From Treponema sp. (GTDB lineage Bacteria > Spirochaetota > Spirochaetia > Treponematales > Breznakiellaceae), in contig JAIRRB010000037.1 in the NCBI GenBank assembly GCA_031256195.1, forward strand, positions 3,473 through 67,472: a DNA stretch of 64,000 nt, written 5' to 3'. The stretch's first letter is position 1. Each line of letters starts with the position of its first letter. Shown piece after piece: positions 10,163-19,177 of this stretch. Made by a program: the position numbers and the translations under genes. The notes under the pieces were generated by a model. It saw only the letters and a program-made list of their open reading frames with translations, searched no databases and was not told the DNA's origin.

Positions 10163-11851
10163 TTAATTTCCCAAAGCCCGCCTGACGGCGGCGGCGCGGA
10201 TTTTTCCCTGTTCCCTGTCCCAGGCCACACATTCATCATAGCCAAAGGCTTTGGCCTGTGTTATCATTTCCCGCACAATCCGGTCAAACTCCGCGTCGTT
10301 TCCGGCGTAAATCGCCCTCCACGAACCGGTCTTGATTGCGTTTGACACCTGTACATATTTTTGCTCAAGCTCATCGCCGCGTTTGTCTTTTACATAGTCA
10401 CTGGCGACAACGAGCGCTTTGAAGTTGCCTTTTTCCAGATAGTCGTCCTCGGTCATGACACCCATCGCGTCCTGCCATGCCTTTTTGGCGGGGTTCGTTA
10501 CACGGTTGAGTTCACTTGACCAGAAATCCTTGTTATACCGCTCGCCCGTAACCGGGTTGATGTCGTTCATTGTAAAGGTCGTGTTATTTATTTTGTTCTC
10601 GCCATCGACATACTGACCGCCGCCCGCCGATTCCGGAATCTGCGCCTTCTTGTTACCATCCTGAATTTCAATGCCCAGAGGAGTCAAATACGCCTTGTTG
10701 TTACTGTCATAATCCCAGGTTATTCCCCGCGGCCCCCAATGATTCGTCATTACGCCTTCGGGAGTACAGAGCCAGTTAACAAGCTCCATTATGCGTTCAG
10801 GATACTTCGCCTTTGAGCCGATTGACCATATACGTTCCTTGCCGTAGACACTCGTGCCGTAAACTATGTTCTTTTGATCTTCCGCCGCTACCGCAAACAT
10901 ACCTTTGCCCTGCGCAAGCCGCTCGGCGGTGTTGTAATTGGCGGGCCCCAGCCAGCTGAATATACTCCAATAAACGCGCCCGTCGGCGAACTTTTCGATT
11001 ACATCGGAGAAGGTCTGCGTCGCGCTGTCAGGGTCAAGAATACCCATCTGATGGGCCTTGTTAAAAAATTTCAATCCCTGCAAATACAGGCTGTTATTGT
11101 CAAGCACGGGCTGAATGGTATTTGTTTCGGCATGGTACAGCGTAAAGCCGAATTCATCATAGCCGTAAAACGCTCCCATACATTTAACGCTCATAACCGT
11201 ATCGCCGTCCCAGTCCTTAAAAAGCGAAATGGCGTAGGAAGGAAGCCCGGAATCTCCTTTTGGCTCAAGGTCAACCATTTTTTTCAACACATCCAAATAA
11301 CCCATAAGGTTGGGTATTTTCGGACTGCCGATCCGCTGGTAAAGGTCAAAGCGAATATCGGGATGATAGAACGCCGCATCGGTCAATGCCGCCGAACTCG
11401 ACACATCATAACCAAAGCCGTAGCATTTGGTTCCGCCGCCGAATACATCCGCGTTCTGCTTCAGCGCCATCGACAGATTTTTTTTGATATCCGCCCCATA
11501 TTTATCCAGCAAGTCGCCCTGATACCAGTCAAGCAGCATCTTCGCCTCAATGGCGTCAATAAACTCGGCCCCGTCACTGCCGAACAGAATCAAATCACCC
11601 AGTTTCCCCGATGCCATGCGGGTCGGAAAAACGCCGTCAGCGGTCGGGATGATGTTAAGCTCCATATTGAATTTTTCCCTGACAATCTTGCCGAACCAGC
11701 CGACCTGCATACCCGCGTAATTTCCCAACTGGGTATATACGTCGATTTTGTATAAACTGCGGCCTTCGCTGTCCTTCTGCCCTGTGCATGATACCGCCGC
11801 CGCCATAATAATAACCGCCGCCATAATAACAACAAGCCTGTTGCATTTCAT
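10163..11851 (-). CDS. ABC transporter solute-binding lipoprotein (oligosaccharide)
   Basis: GAGGAGG RBS, lipobox AVSC, TRMASGKLGDLI and KYPERIMELVNWL motifs; follows two permeases. Confidence 0.9.
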   Translation of the reverse strand: MKCNRLVVIMAAVIIMAAAVSCTGQKDSEGRSLYKIDVYTQLGNYAGMQVGWFGKIVREKFNMELNIIPTADGVFPTRMASGKLGDLILFGSDGAEFIDAIEAKMLLDWYQGDLLDKYGADIKKNLSMALKQNADVFGGGTKCYGFGYDVSSSAALTDAAFYHPDIRFDLYQRIGSPKIPNLMGYLDVLKKMVDLEPKGDSGLPSYAISLFKDWDGDTVMSVKCMGAFYGYDEFGFTLYHAETNTIQPVLDNNSLYLQGLKFFNKAHQMGILDPDSATQTFSDVIEKFADGRVYWSIFSWLGPANYNTAERLAQGKGMFAVAAEDQKNIVYGTSVYGKERIWSIGSKAKYPERIMELVNWLCTPEGVMTNHWGPRGITWDYDSNNKAYLTPLGIEIQDGNKKAQIPESAGGGQYVDGENKINNTTFTMNDINPVTGERYNKDFWSSELNRVTNPAKKAWQDAMGVMTEDDYLEKGNFKALVVASDYVKDKRGDELEQKYVQVSNAIKTGSWRAIYAGNDAEFDRIVREMITQAKAFGYDECVAWDREQGKIRAAAVRRALGN

Positions 11852-11881
11852 AAAAACCTCCTCAAAATTATTTACTATATA

Positions 11882-12775
11882 TTATCCTTTTATTGCGCCG
11901 ACCATAATTCCCTTGATAAAGAAACGCTGCATAAACGGATACGTGCACAGAATCGGGAAAACAACCACCATCGAAATAGTCATTTGTATGGTACGCGGAG
12001 TCAAGACCTGCGCCGCATCAACGGCAACCGTTGTGCCGCTGCGCATTATTGAGGCCAGATAGTTGGCTTCGTTCAAATAGCGCCAGAGAACGAATTGCAG
12101 GGAAAACAGTTTTTCGTCCGTCATCAGAAACAGCGTGTCCATAAAGGAATTCCAGTGCCCCACCGCCGCGAAAATGGCTATCGTCGCCAAAATCGGCTTG
12201 GTCAGCGGCAGCATTATTTTGGCGAATATCGTCAATACGCCGGCGCCGTCAATTGAAGCGGATTCTTCCAGGGACGGCGGTATGGACTCAATGTAGGTCT
12301 TAACCAGAATGATGCTGAACGGCGCTACCATGCCGGGCAGAATGTAGGCCAGAAAATTATTGGTAAGGCGGAGCAAAACCATATTCATGTACCAGGGCAC
12401 CAATCCCGCCGAAAAATACATGGTAATTATTATATACCGGTACCAGAATTTCCGCCCCCACAGGTCATTCTTTGTCACCAAATATCCGACAAAGGCGCTG
12501 GCAAGCACCGTAAGTCCCGTTCCCCCAACCGTGCGGGATACCGATATCAGCGCCGCCTGCCCCAGACCGCGCAGTTTGAACACCTGCACATAGTTATTCA
12601 AATGGAATCCCCGGGGAATAAGTTTAATAAGGCCGCGTTTGACCAGATCGTTGTCGCTTATCGTATTTATAAACAGGTAATAAAACGGCAATATGCATAA
12701 CAGCGTAAACACCCCGAATATCGTATAATTCACAATATCGAAAATAAGGTCTTCTTCCGGTTTTTTTATACTCAT
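11882..12775 (-). CDS. Carbohydrate ABC transporter permease (LplC/MalG-like)
   Basis: EAA loop SLEESASIDGAG; C-terminal YPFMQRFFIKGIMVGAIKG. Confidence 0.95.
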   Translation of the reverse strand: MSIKKPEEDLIFDIVNYTIFGVFTLLCILPFYYLFINTISDNDLVKRGLIKLIPRGFHLNNYVQVFKLRGLGQAALISVSRTVGGTGLTVLASAFVGYLVTKNDLWGRKFWYRYIIITMYFSAGLVPWYMNMVLLRLTNNFLAYILPGMVAPFSIILVKTYIESIPPSLEESASIDGAGVLTIFAKIMLPLTKPILATIAIFAAVGHWNSFMDTLFLMTDEKLFSLQFVLWRYLNEANYLASIMRSGTTVAVDAAQVLTPRTIQMTISMVVVFPILCTYPFMQRFFIKGIMVGAIKG

Positions 12776-12784
12776 GCCGCCCCC

Positions 12785-13714
12785 CTATACAATGCTTTCT
12801 TTTCGTAACAGTCTGCTCAGGCCGTTTATGGAAAACAGGAGCGTTACGCTAATAATGGATTTGAGCATACTTATAACAGTCGCGAAGGGTATACCCGACG
12901 TAGAACCTTTGCCGAAGCCGACATAATACACATACAAATCCAAAACCTCAATCGTGTCCTGATTAAAAGCGTTCCTGAACACAAAATATTGATCCATGCC
13001 GTTGTTTATCAGGTTTGCGACCGAGAGCATAAGGAGTACAAAATAGGTGGGCAGCAAACCCGGTACCGTTATGTGCCATATTTGGCCCCAGCGCCCCGCG
13101 CCGTCAATGGTCGCGGCTTCATACAGTTCCTGGTCAATGCCCGTAATGGCGGCAAGGTAGATAATCGCGCCCCAGCCAAGCCCTTTCCATATACCCCAGG
13201 CCGTCATCTTCAGCCAGATATGATTGCCTGACAGCAGAAAATTGACGCCTTTGTCTATAACGCCCATATCAATGAGCATACGGTTAATCAGGCCGGCGTC
13301 AACGGAAAACAGCATAAACGCGAATGAGTAAACCATTATCCAACTGATGAAATTGGGAACCGTGGTCAGGGTTTGCACCAGTTTCTGATAGCGCGGGTTT
13401 CTGAATTCGGTAAGCAGGATGGCAAACACAATCGGGAACCATGAGGTTAAAATGCCCAGTCCGCTCATGGCAAGCGTATTCTTCATTACCCGGAGAACTT
13501 CCGAACGCCGGGCCGAACTGGAAACAATGGACGCAAACCATTTAAAACCGGCAAAATCCGCCCATTTCAGCGGAATGCCGGGGCGGTAGTTAAAGAACGC
13601 ATACCGCCAGCCCGCCAGCGGTAAATACGCGAATGCCGTAATCAGGAGCAAAAACGGCAGCAATAACAGAAATAACCGGTACTTAAGCGGTATTTCAAAA
13701 GGCTTTTTTATCAC
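12785..13714 (-). CDS. Carbohydrate ABC transporter permease (LplB/MalF-like)
   Basis: GWGAIIYLAAITGIDQELYEAATIDGAGRW motif; multiple TM helices. Confidence 0.95.
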   Translation of the reverse strand: MIKKPFEIPLKYRLFLLLLPFLLLITAFAYLPLAGWRYAFFNYRPGIPLKWADFAGFKWFASIVSSSARRSEVLRVMKNTLAMSGLGILTSWFPIVFAILLTEFRNPRYQKLVQTLTTVPNFISWIMVYSFAFMLFSVDAGLINRMLIDMGVIDKGVNFLLSGNHIWLKMTAWGIWKGLGWGAIIYLAAITGIDQELYEAATIDGAGRWGQIWHITVPGLLPTYFVLLMLSVANLINNGMDQYFVFRNAFNQDTIEVLDLYVYYVGFGKGSTSGIPFATVISMLKSIISVTLLFSINGLSRLLRKESIV

Positions 13715-13727
13715 ACTAACCTCCTGT

Positions 13728-14903
13728 TTATTTTCGTATCAACCGCCATGCCTGCGCAAGGGCATCACTCATCGCGTAGGAGCTTGCGGGACTGCGTTTA
13801 ATGTCATTGCCGGTGTCCCACAATACCGGACATATACCGTTATCCAGACAAGCCTGCGTAACCGCGCTTATCCAGCGGACACGGCCCGCCTCAACCTTGT
13901 TGTTAAAATTTACTCCATACTCGCCCAGTATAACAGGAATTCCCCGGTCAATAAACTGACCGCGTATTTTGGCGAATTGCCGGGAAAGTTCCGCATAATC
14001 CGCGTCTCCGCGTGAGCCGCTTCCCCAATCGGTTTGATTCTTGCCCCAGGACTCGTCTTTGTCCAGAATGCAAAATGTCGCCGGAGTATAATAATGAACC
14101 GAAAGTATCAGGCGGTCATGTTGAGTATCGGACGGCATTTTGAACAGGGGGTCGCAGGTTAAATCAATATCGGTGTAGTAACCGGAAACCAGCAGAAACC
14201 GCGCGTTATTTTGAGCGCCTGACGCGCGAACCGTATCAACAAACGCCTGATTAAGGCCGTTCAGTATACGGAAGGCTTCAGGTTTTTTGCCATTGGTAGA
14301 AGCGTCCCACTGATTCCACATTTTGAAGCCCACCTCGTTCATGGCCTCGAAAATCAGTTTGCCGGAAGCGCCGGAAAAACGCCCGGCAATTTGTTTCCAC
14401 ACCGCGGCAAATTGTTTGGTTACGCCGTCAGGATCGTCTCCGGCTTTCAGTATCCAGCTTTTGGGGCTTTCGCCGCCGTCGTGATGCAGATTGAGGATGC
14501 AGTACAGGTCTTCTTCCAGTATCCAGTTCACCACCTCTTCCACGCGGCTCATCCGCGTTTCATCAATGACATAATCCGGCGCAGGGCCCAGATACTCCGC
14601 CCAGGTAACCGGCAGGCGAATGGTCGTGTAACCGTAATTTTTGAGGGCGGCAATAAATTCTTTGGTTATTTTGGGATTCCCCCAGCCGGTTTCCCCGGCG
14701 GGAGTATTGCTCACATGGTTATTAATGGCATCCAAAGTATTACCAATGTTTATCCCGATACCCATATCACGGACAAAGGCCGTAGCGGAATTGTCGGGAA
14801 TTGGTTGAGCGGGTTTACCGGCATCTGTCTTGCAGGAAACCAGCGCCACAATTAAAACCGCAGAAACTACATAATACCACAGACAGCCGATAACTGTTTT
14901 CAT
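13728..14903 (-). CDS. GH5 endoglucanase/xyloglucanase lipoprotein (subfamily 4-like)
   Basis: Lipobox LVSC; GINIGNTLD, IRLPVTW, NLHHD, FEAMNE (acid/base), HYYTP, ILGEYG (nucleophile), LWD. Confidence 0.93.
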   Translation of the reverse strand: MKTVIGCLWYYVVSAVLIVALVSCKTDAGKPAQPIPDNSATAFVRDMGIGINIGNTLDAINNHVSNTPAGETGWGNPKITKEFIAALKNYGYTTIRLPVTWAEYLGPAPDYVIDETRMSRVEEVVNWILEEDLYCILNLHHDGGESPKSWILKAGDDPDGVTKQFAAVWKQIAGRFSGASGKLIFEAMNEVGFKMWNQWDASTNGKKPEAFRILNGLNQAFVDTVRASGAQNNARFLLVSGYYTDIDLTCDPLFKMPSDTQHDRLILSVHYYTPATFCILDKDESWGKNQTDWGSGSRGDADYAELSRQFAKIRGQFIDRGIPVILGEYGVNFNNKVEAGRVRWISAVTQACLDNGICPVLWDTGNDIKRSPASSYAMSDALAQAWRLIRK

Positions 14904-14931
14904 GTTAATTTTTCCTTTTTCCCTCTATTTT

Positions 14932-16236
14932 TTACGGCGGAGTAATGCTTGAAAGCGCGTAAGTGTCATTAACCGCTTTCATCATTACCGCGATGATGTC
15001 CGCCGAATCGGTCAGCAGCGCGTGAGGCGAAGCGCGGTTAAAAAGGCCAAACGCTTCAGAACCGTTACCCGCACCGCCGTTATCCCAATAAAAGGGAATC
15101 ATTCCGCAGTCATGGGCATACTTGGTAACGTACTCCATGTAATACTTCCGGTGCGCCTTGCCGGCAGCGCTGGCCTGCCTGACCGCGCCGTATTCCCCGA
15201 TAATCACCGGTATACCATTGTTGATAAATTTATTCTTTACCGAGTTAAACGTGTCTCTTACATTTTTTTCATTGGCCCAGTTGCCGGGAAACGCTTTGTC
15301 CCCCCAAAGTTGCTGTGTAGCGGCCCCGGCAAAGTCGTAGGGATCATAAAAATGAACGGTAACTATCAGCCTGTCCGATGCCGGGTCAGACGGCAAAACC
15401 AGAGAACTTACCGTTACGCTTGGCCTTGTTACCCATCCGGGAATAACCAGAAAACGGTCGCTGTTTTCGCCGCCTGTGGCCCGCACCGTATCCACAAATA
15501 TCCGGTTTAGTTCGTTTATCCGGTTACGCTGAGCCGTAGTGCCGTTGCCCCAACTGCCGTCATGCAGTTCGTTAAACGCTTCAAAAACAAGGTTCTTTCC
15601 GGTATCCCTGAATTTTTCGGCAATCTGAGTCCACAGCGTTATAAATACCGCGTCTACCTTTTCCTTGTTGGCTCCGGTCAGGTCGGCGGATTTTACCGAA
15701 AGCCAATGAGCGCTGTCCGCGCCGTCGTGGTGAATGTTGATTATCGCCTTCATACCGGCATTGTTGACATACCCCACTATCTCCGCGACACGGTTAAGCC
15801 ATGCTGCATCCAGGGTAAGGTTTTGAATTTGCTCTACGGTTAAATTGATAGCGGAGGGATTTTTGTTAAGCTCGCTATGTAACTTGCGGCCCCAGGTAAC
15901 GGGAATGCGCACCGCTCCAAAACCCTGGGCCTTAACCGCGTTTAACAGAGCCGGAGTAACGGTACGGTTACTCTGCCAGACGCCCTCGCCCGGCATTAAA
16001 TTATTGTGCCCGTCCAGCGTGTTGCCCAGATTCCAGCCGATTTTCATGGAGGCGGTAAAATCCATAGCGGAAATATCGCCCGGATCGATAGGGTCAATCG
16101 GAAAAAGAGGATCAACAGGATCAATCGGGGCGGGGCCGGGCGAAGGATTAGTACAGGCGGCAAAAATGCCGGCGGCAAAACCACCTGCCAGCATTATTGT
16201 TATGGAAAGGACAAACCATTTTGATAACTTCTTCAT
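14932..16236 (-). CDS. GH5 endoglucanase/xyloglucanase lipoprotein (subfamily 4-like)
   Basis: Signal ending FAAC, Pro/Asp linker, GWNLGNTLD, VRIPVTW, NIHHD, FEAFNE, HFYDP, IIGEYG, YWDNG. Confidence 0.93.
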   Translation of the reverse strand: MKKLSKWFVLSITIMLAGGFAAGIFAACTNPSPGPAPIDPVDPLFPIDPIDPGDISAMDFTASMKIGWNLGNTLDGHNNLMPGEGVWQSNRTVTPALLNAVKAQGFGAVRIPVTWGRKLHSELNKNPSAINLTVEQIQNLTLDAAWLNRVAEIVGYVNNAGMKAIINIHHDGADSAHWLSVKSADLTGANKEKVDAVFITLWTQIAEKFRDTGKNLVFEAFNELHDGSWGNGTTAQRNRINELNRIFVDTVRATGGENSDRFLVIPGWVTRPSVTVSSLVLPSDPASDRLIVTVHFYDPYDFAGAATQQLWGDKAFPGNWANEKNVRDTFNSVKNKFINNGIPVIIGEYGAVRQASAAGKAHRKYYMEYVTKYAHDCGMIPFYWDNGGAGNGSEAFGLFNRASPHALLTDSADIIAVMMKAVNDTYALSSITPP

Positions 16237-16241
16237 TGAAT

Positions 16242-17390
16242 TCACCTCGGTAATTTAAGACTTCTTATTGTTTTTCGAAGGTCTTCGCTTACGGCATACG
16301 GCGACTCACGATCAATGTCAGCCATGCCCTGATTGTCGGGCCTCATGCCGGTGTCCCAGAGTACCGGACAAATGCCCATGTCAAGACTGATTTGCGTAAC
16401 GGCGGTCATCCATTTAACACGGGATTCCGGTTCTTTAACCGTGGTTCCGAATTTTATATCTACCCCGTATTCGCCCAGAATAATTGGTATGCCTTTGTCA
16501 ATAAAATTGGTTTTAAGCATATTGAACAGGCGGTTTAGCTCATTGGTATCTGAAGTTGTTCCCCATGTGGCCCTGTTTCCGCCGCAAAAATTCCAGGGGG
16601 TGTAATAATGAACCGAAAGAATCTGCTTGTCTTCCGCCGTATCAAGCGGCATGGTAAAAGCCGATTCGCAGGTGTTGGTAATATCGGTCCAATAGCCGGC
16701 AATCAGCAAGGGACGTGTCGCGTTTTTGCCGCCGGTGGCGCGTACCGTATCAACAAAGGTTTGATTGAGTTTGTTGAGCAGACGGAACGCTTCGGCTTTT
16801 TTTTCTTCCTGACCGCGCGCGTAACGGTTCCACAGGGTATCAAAACCGACTTCGTTCATGGATTCCAGAATAAGTTTGTCAGAAGCGCCGCGGAACCGTG
16901 TCGCTATTTGCCGCCACACTTTAACAAAGCGGTCGGTTACCTCGTCCTCCCGTTCGGGAATTGCGATTTTTTTTATCCAGTACTTTCGATTATTGGTTTC
17001 CGTTCCGCCGCCGTCATGATGCAGGTTCAAAATACAGTACATATCTTCGGCAAGTATCCAGTTTACCACTTCTTCTACGCGGTTCATCCACGTCGAATCA
17101 ATGGTATAATTCGGAGCGTTATCCATGTAGTCAACCCAGCTTACCGGCAGCCGCACCGTTTTAAAACCGTGTCCTTTTAACGCCTTGATGTAGCCACGTT
17201 CTACCGGCGGATTACCCCAGCCGGTTTCCCCCGCGATGCTCGTGGTGTTGAGGCTGTCAAACGTATTGCCGATGTTCACCCCGATGCCCCATCCCGGAAA
17301 AACAGGAGGTTTATTTGATACATCTCCATCGCCGGGACAGGAAAGCAGCAGCACAGCCAAAAGTATGACAAGGACTCTATACATCTCCAT
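16242..17390 (-). CDS. GH5 endoglucanase/xyloglucanase lipoprotein (subfamily 4-like)
   Basis: Lipobox LLSC; GVNIGNTFD, VRLPVSW, NLHHD, ESMNE, HYYTP, ILGEYG. Confidence 0.93.
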   Translation of the reverse strand: MEMYRVLVILLAVLLLSCPGDGDVSNKPPVFPGWGIGVNIGNTFDSLNTTSIAGETGWGNPPVERGYIKALKGHGFKTVRLPVSWVDYMDNAPNYTIDSTWMNRVEEVVNWILAEDMYCILNLHHDGGGTETNNRKYWIKKIAIPEREDEVTDRFVKVWRQIATRFRGASDKLILESMNEVGFDTLWNRYARGQEEKKAEAFRLLNKLNQTFVDTVRATGGKNATRPLLIAGYWTDITNTCESAFTMPLDTAEDKQILSVHYYTPWNFCGGNRATWGTTSDTNELNRLFNMLKTNFIDKGIPIILGEYGVDIKFGTTVKEPESRVKWMTAVTQISLDMGICPVLWDTGMRPDNQGMADIDRESPYAVSEDLRKTIRSLKLPR

Positions 17391-17393
17391 TCC

Positions 17394-19163
17394 TTAAAAA
17401 TAATTTCTGACGCCAAAGTTAACCGAAAAAATACCTTTGTCCATTGTCCAGATATCCTTATTGCGAATGTCGGTCCGTTCATACCACATATCTATCGCGA
17501 AAAAATCAACGGGCAAAAATCTACAGCCCAATTTTGAGTTCAGGCTGGTAAGGTCTTTACTGTAGACCGGCGCGATAGTAAGATTTTTATCAATGAGTCG
17601 GGTATCCGCCGGAACAATCTTGCCAAAAATATAGGGCATTATTCTTTTGTTGACCAGATATTCTACCTGAACTATACCGGCAAACAAAAAATCATTGTAC
17701 GGTTTTCCGTCCGGCCCGCGGTAATCTTTTCCGGTGATATTCAACAATTCAAACTGGAACCAGCCGCCCAGATTGGGAACGGGAGAAAAACGGGGGTCTT
17801 CGTTAATGCTGATAATCGCATTGCAAAAACCATTTTTGTCGATGTTCATTCCCATAATAAAGGCCGCGGGTAAATCACAGTCGCCCAGTTGAACGCCGCC
17901 AATTTTATCATTACGTTTGAATTTGACGCTGGTCCCCCTGAAAAACCATTGCAGACCGCCGCCGGCTTCAAAATTGTACTCACCGTTGCGGGTCTCGTAC
18001 ACAAAGTCAACGCCGACATAGGGCTTTATTACCATTTTTCCGGGCAGGTTGATTCGGTACTCATAGCCCAGCCCCAGAGCCACCGGATTTTCTTTCATCG
18101 AGTCAGGGTCTGATATCGGGTCAGGGACTACCTCGGTAATTCCATCAGAACCGGCAGTCCAGCCCCCTCCTTTAATCGTGCCGTAATTCACTGCGGTTAA
18201 AAATGAAAAATTAATCAAATTGGTTAAATCAGGCCGCCAGGCCATGTCCCCGCCGGCTACCCATGAATTTAAGGTATTGTCTTCCGCTTTTTTCCAGGAA
18301 CCGACTTTCAGCGCGAAATCAAGCATATCGCTCTTCATCCCGGCGCTTAAGTTTCCGGCAATTTCCACTTCCCGGCGGTTAAGATGCACAATATCGCGGT
18401 TTATGACCGAGGTAATGCCGGGAGTGCCGTGCGACCACGAACCGCCAACGATGTTGCCCGGAACATAGAACAAGGGCAGCGGAATCCGGTTTTTGGCAAT
18501 ATCGGTGCGGTTGCTCATAATGGGGTCCAGGGCGGACTTGATTGACGCCTGAGAGACGGTAATTTCCGGGTCGATACCGGCGATTCGAATCCACCATTGA
18601 TTATACTCAAGCTGGGCGATAAAGGTATCAAACCAGACGCTCATTGCCTGATCTGGGTTTGGACCTAGATCGTCCGGCTCATGCGAGCCGTCATATATGT
18701 CATATTTGGGGGGGTCTCCATTTGAATCGAGTAAGCCATAACCCCGCCATGCATAAAAAGCGGAATTGGCCATCTTGAGGGAAACCGACATGACATCCCG
18801 CTGGGGGGTAATGTTCCGGTCCTGATACGGCACAAACTCAAACCAGAGGCCCAGCCCCACTGTGGTCAGCAGGCCGGTTGACCCATTGTCTATGTTCGCA
18901 GCAAAGGCGGTATCAACATCTATGGTAAAATTATTGCCCCCGAAAAAAGGAACGGGTATTTCCGCAAAGACCAACGTTCCGCTCAAAAGCAACAGCCATC
19001 TGAAGTTTAAGAAGAATTTAACCACGGAGATCACGGAGTATTGCTGTCCTGTCGGACAGCCTGGAGTTTTAGCAGAAAAACCATCTTTTACTTCGTGAAA
19101 CTCGAACCGAAGGTTCGCCGTGTACTCCGTGGTTTTTATTTTCTTTATCAATTTAGCCTTCAT
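17394..19163 (-). CDS. Putative outer-membrane beta-barrel protein (Msp/MOSP-like) with a palindromic element in its signal-peptide region
   Basis: Amphipathic beta-strand patterns; N-terminal DTAFAANIDNGSTGL resembles the spirochete Msp N-terminus; aromatic C-terminus (FSVNFGVRNYF); GGGGG RBS before ATG 19163. Confidence 0.65.
   Translation of the reverse strand: MKAKLIKKIKTTEYTANLRFEFHEVKDGFSAKTPGCPTGQQYSVISVVKFFLNFRWLLLLSGTLVFAEIPVPFFGGNNFTIDVDTAFAANIDNGSTGLLTTVGLGLWFEFVPYQDRNITPQRDVMSVSLKMANSAFYAWRGYGLLDSNGDPPKYDIYDGSHEPDDLGPNPDQAMSVWFDTFIAQLEYNQWWIRIAGIDPEITVSQASIKSALDPIMSNRTDIAKNRIPLPLFYVPGNIVGGSWSHGTPGITSVINRDIVHLNRREVEIAGNLSAGMKSDMLDFALKVGSWKKAEDNTLNSWVAGGDMAWRPDLTNLINFSFLTAVNYGTIKGGGWTAGSDGITEVVPDPISDPDSMKENPVALGLGYEYRINLPGKMVIKPYVGVDFVYETRNGEYNFEAGGGLQWFFRGTSVKFKRNDKIGGVQLGDCDLPAAFIMGMNIDKNGFCNAIISINEDPRFSPVPNLGGWFQFELLNITGKDYRGPDGKPYNDFLFAGIVQVEYLVNKRIMPYIFGKIVPADTRLIDKNLTIAPVYSKDLTSLNSKLGCRFLPVDFFAIDMWYERTDIRNKDIWTMDKGIFSVNFGVRNYF
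19012..19145. repeat. Palindromic element family 1, copy A (in-frame within CDS 17394-19163)
   Basis: aagaatttaaccacggag...ctccgtggtttttattttctt with internal hairpins gctgtcc-tgtc-ggacagc and cgaacc-gaa-ggttcg. Confidence 0.9.
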
Positions 19164-19177
19164 GTTGCACCCCCCAC

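Noticed and set aside
10132-10245. N-terminal extension of GH95 overlapping the SBP gene
   Set aside because: Family similarity begins at about TDTVIFDSPA; an 83-bp overlap is unlikely, so a downstream TTG is preferred
10874-11755. Long antisense ORFs (also 22575-23459, 23751-24617, 35718-36386, 38034-38900, 50759-51448, 56598-57290)
   Set aside because: Shadow frames opposite well-supported genes; no recognisable motifs
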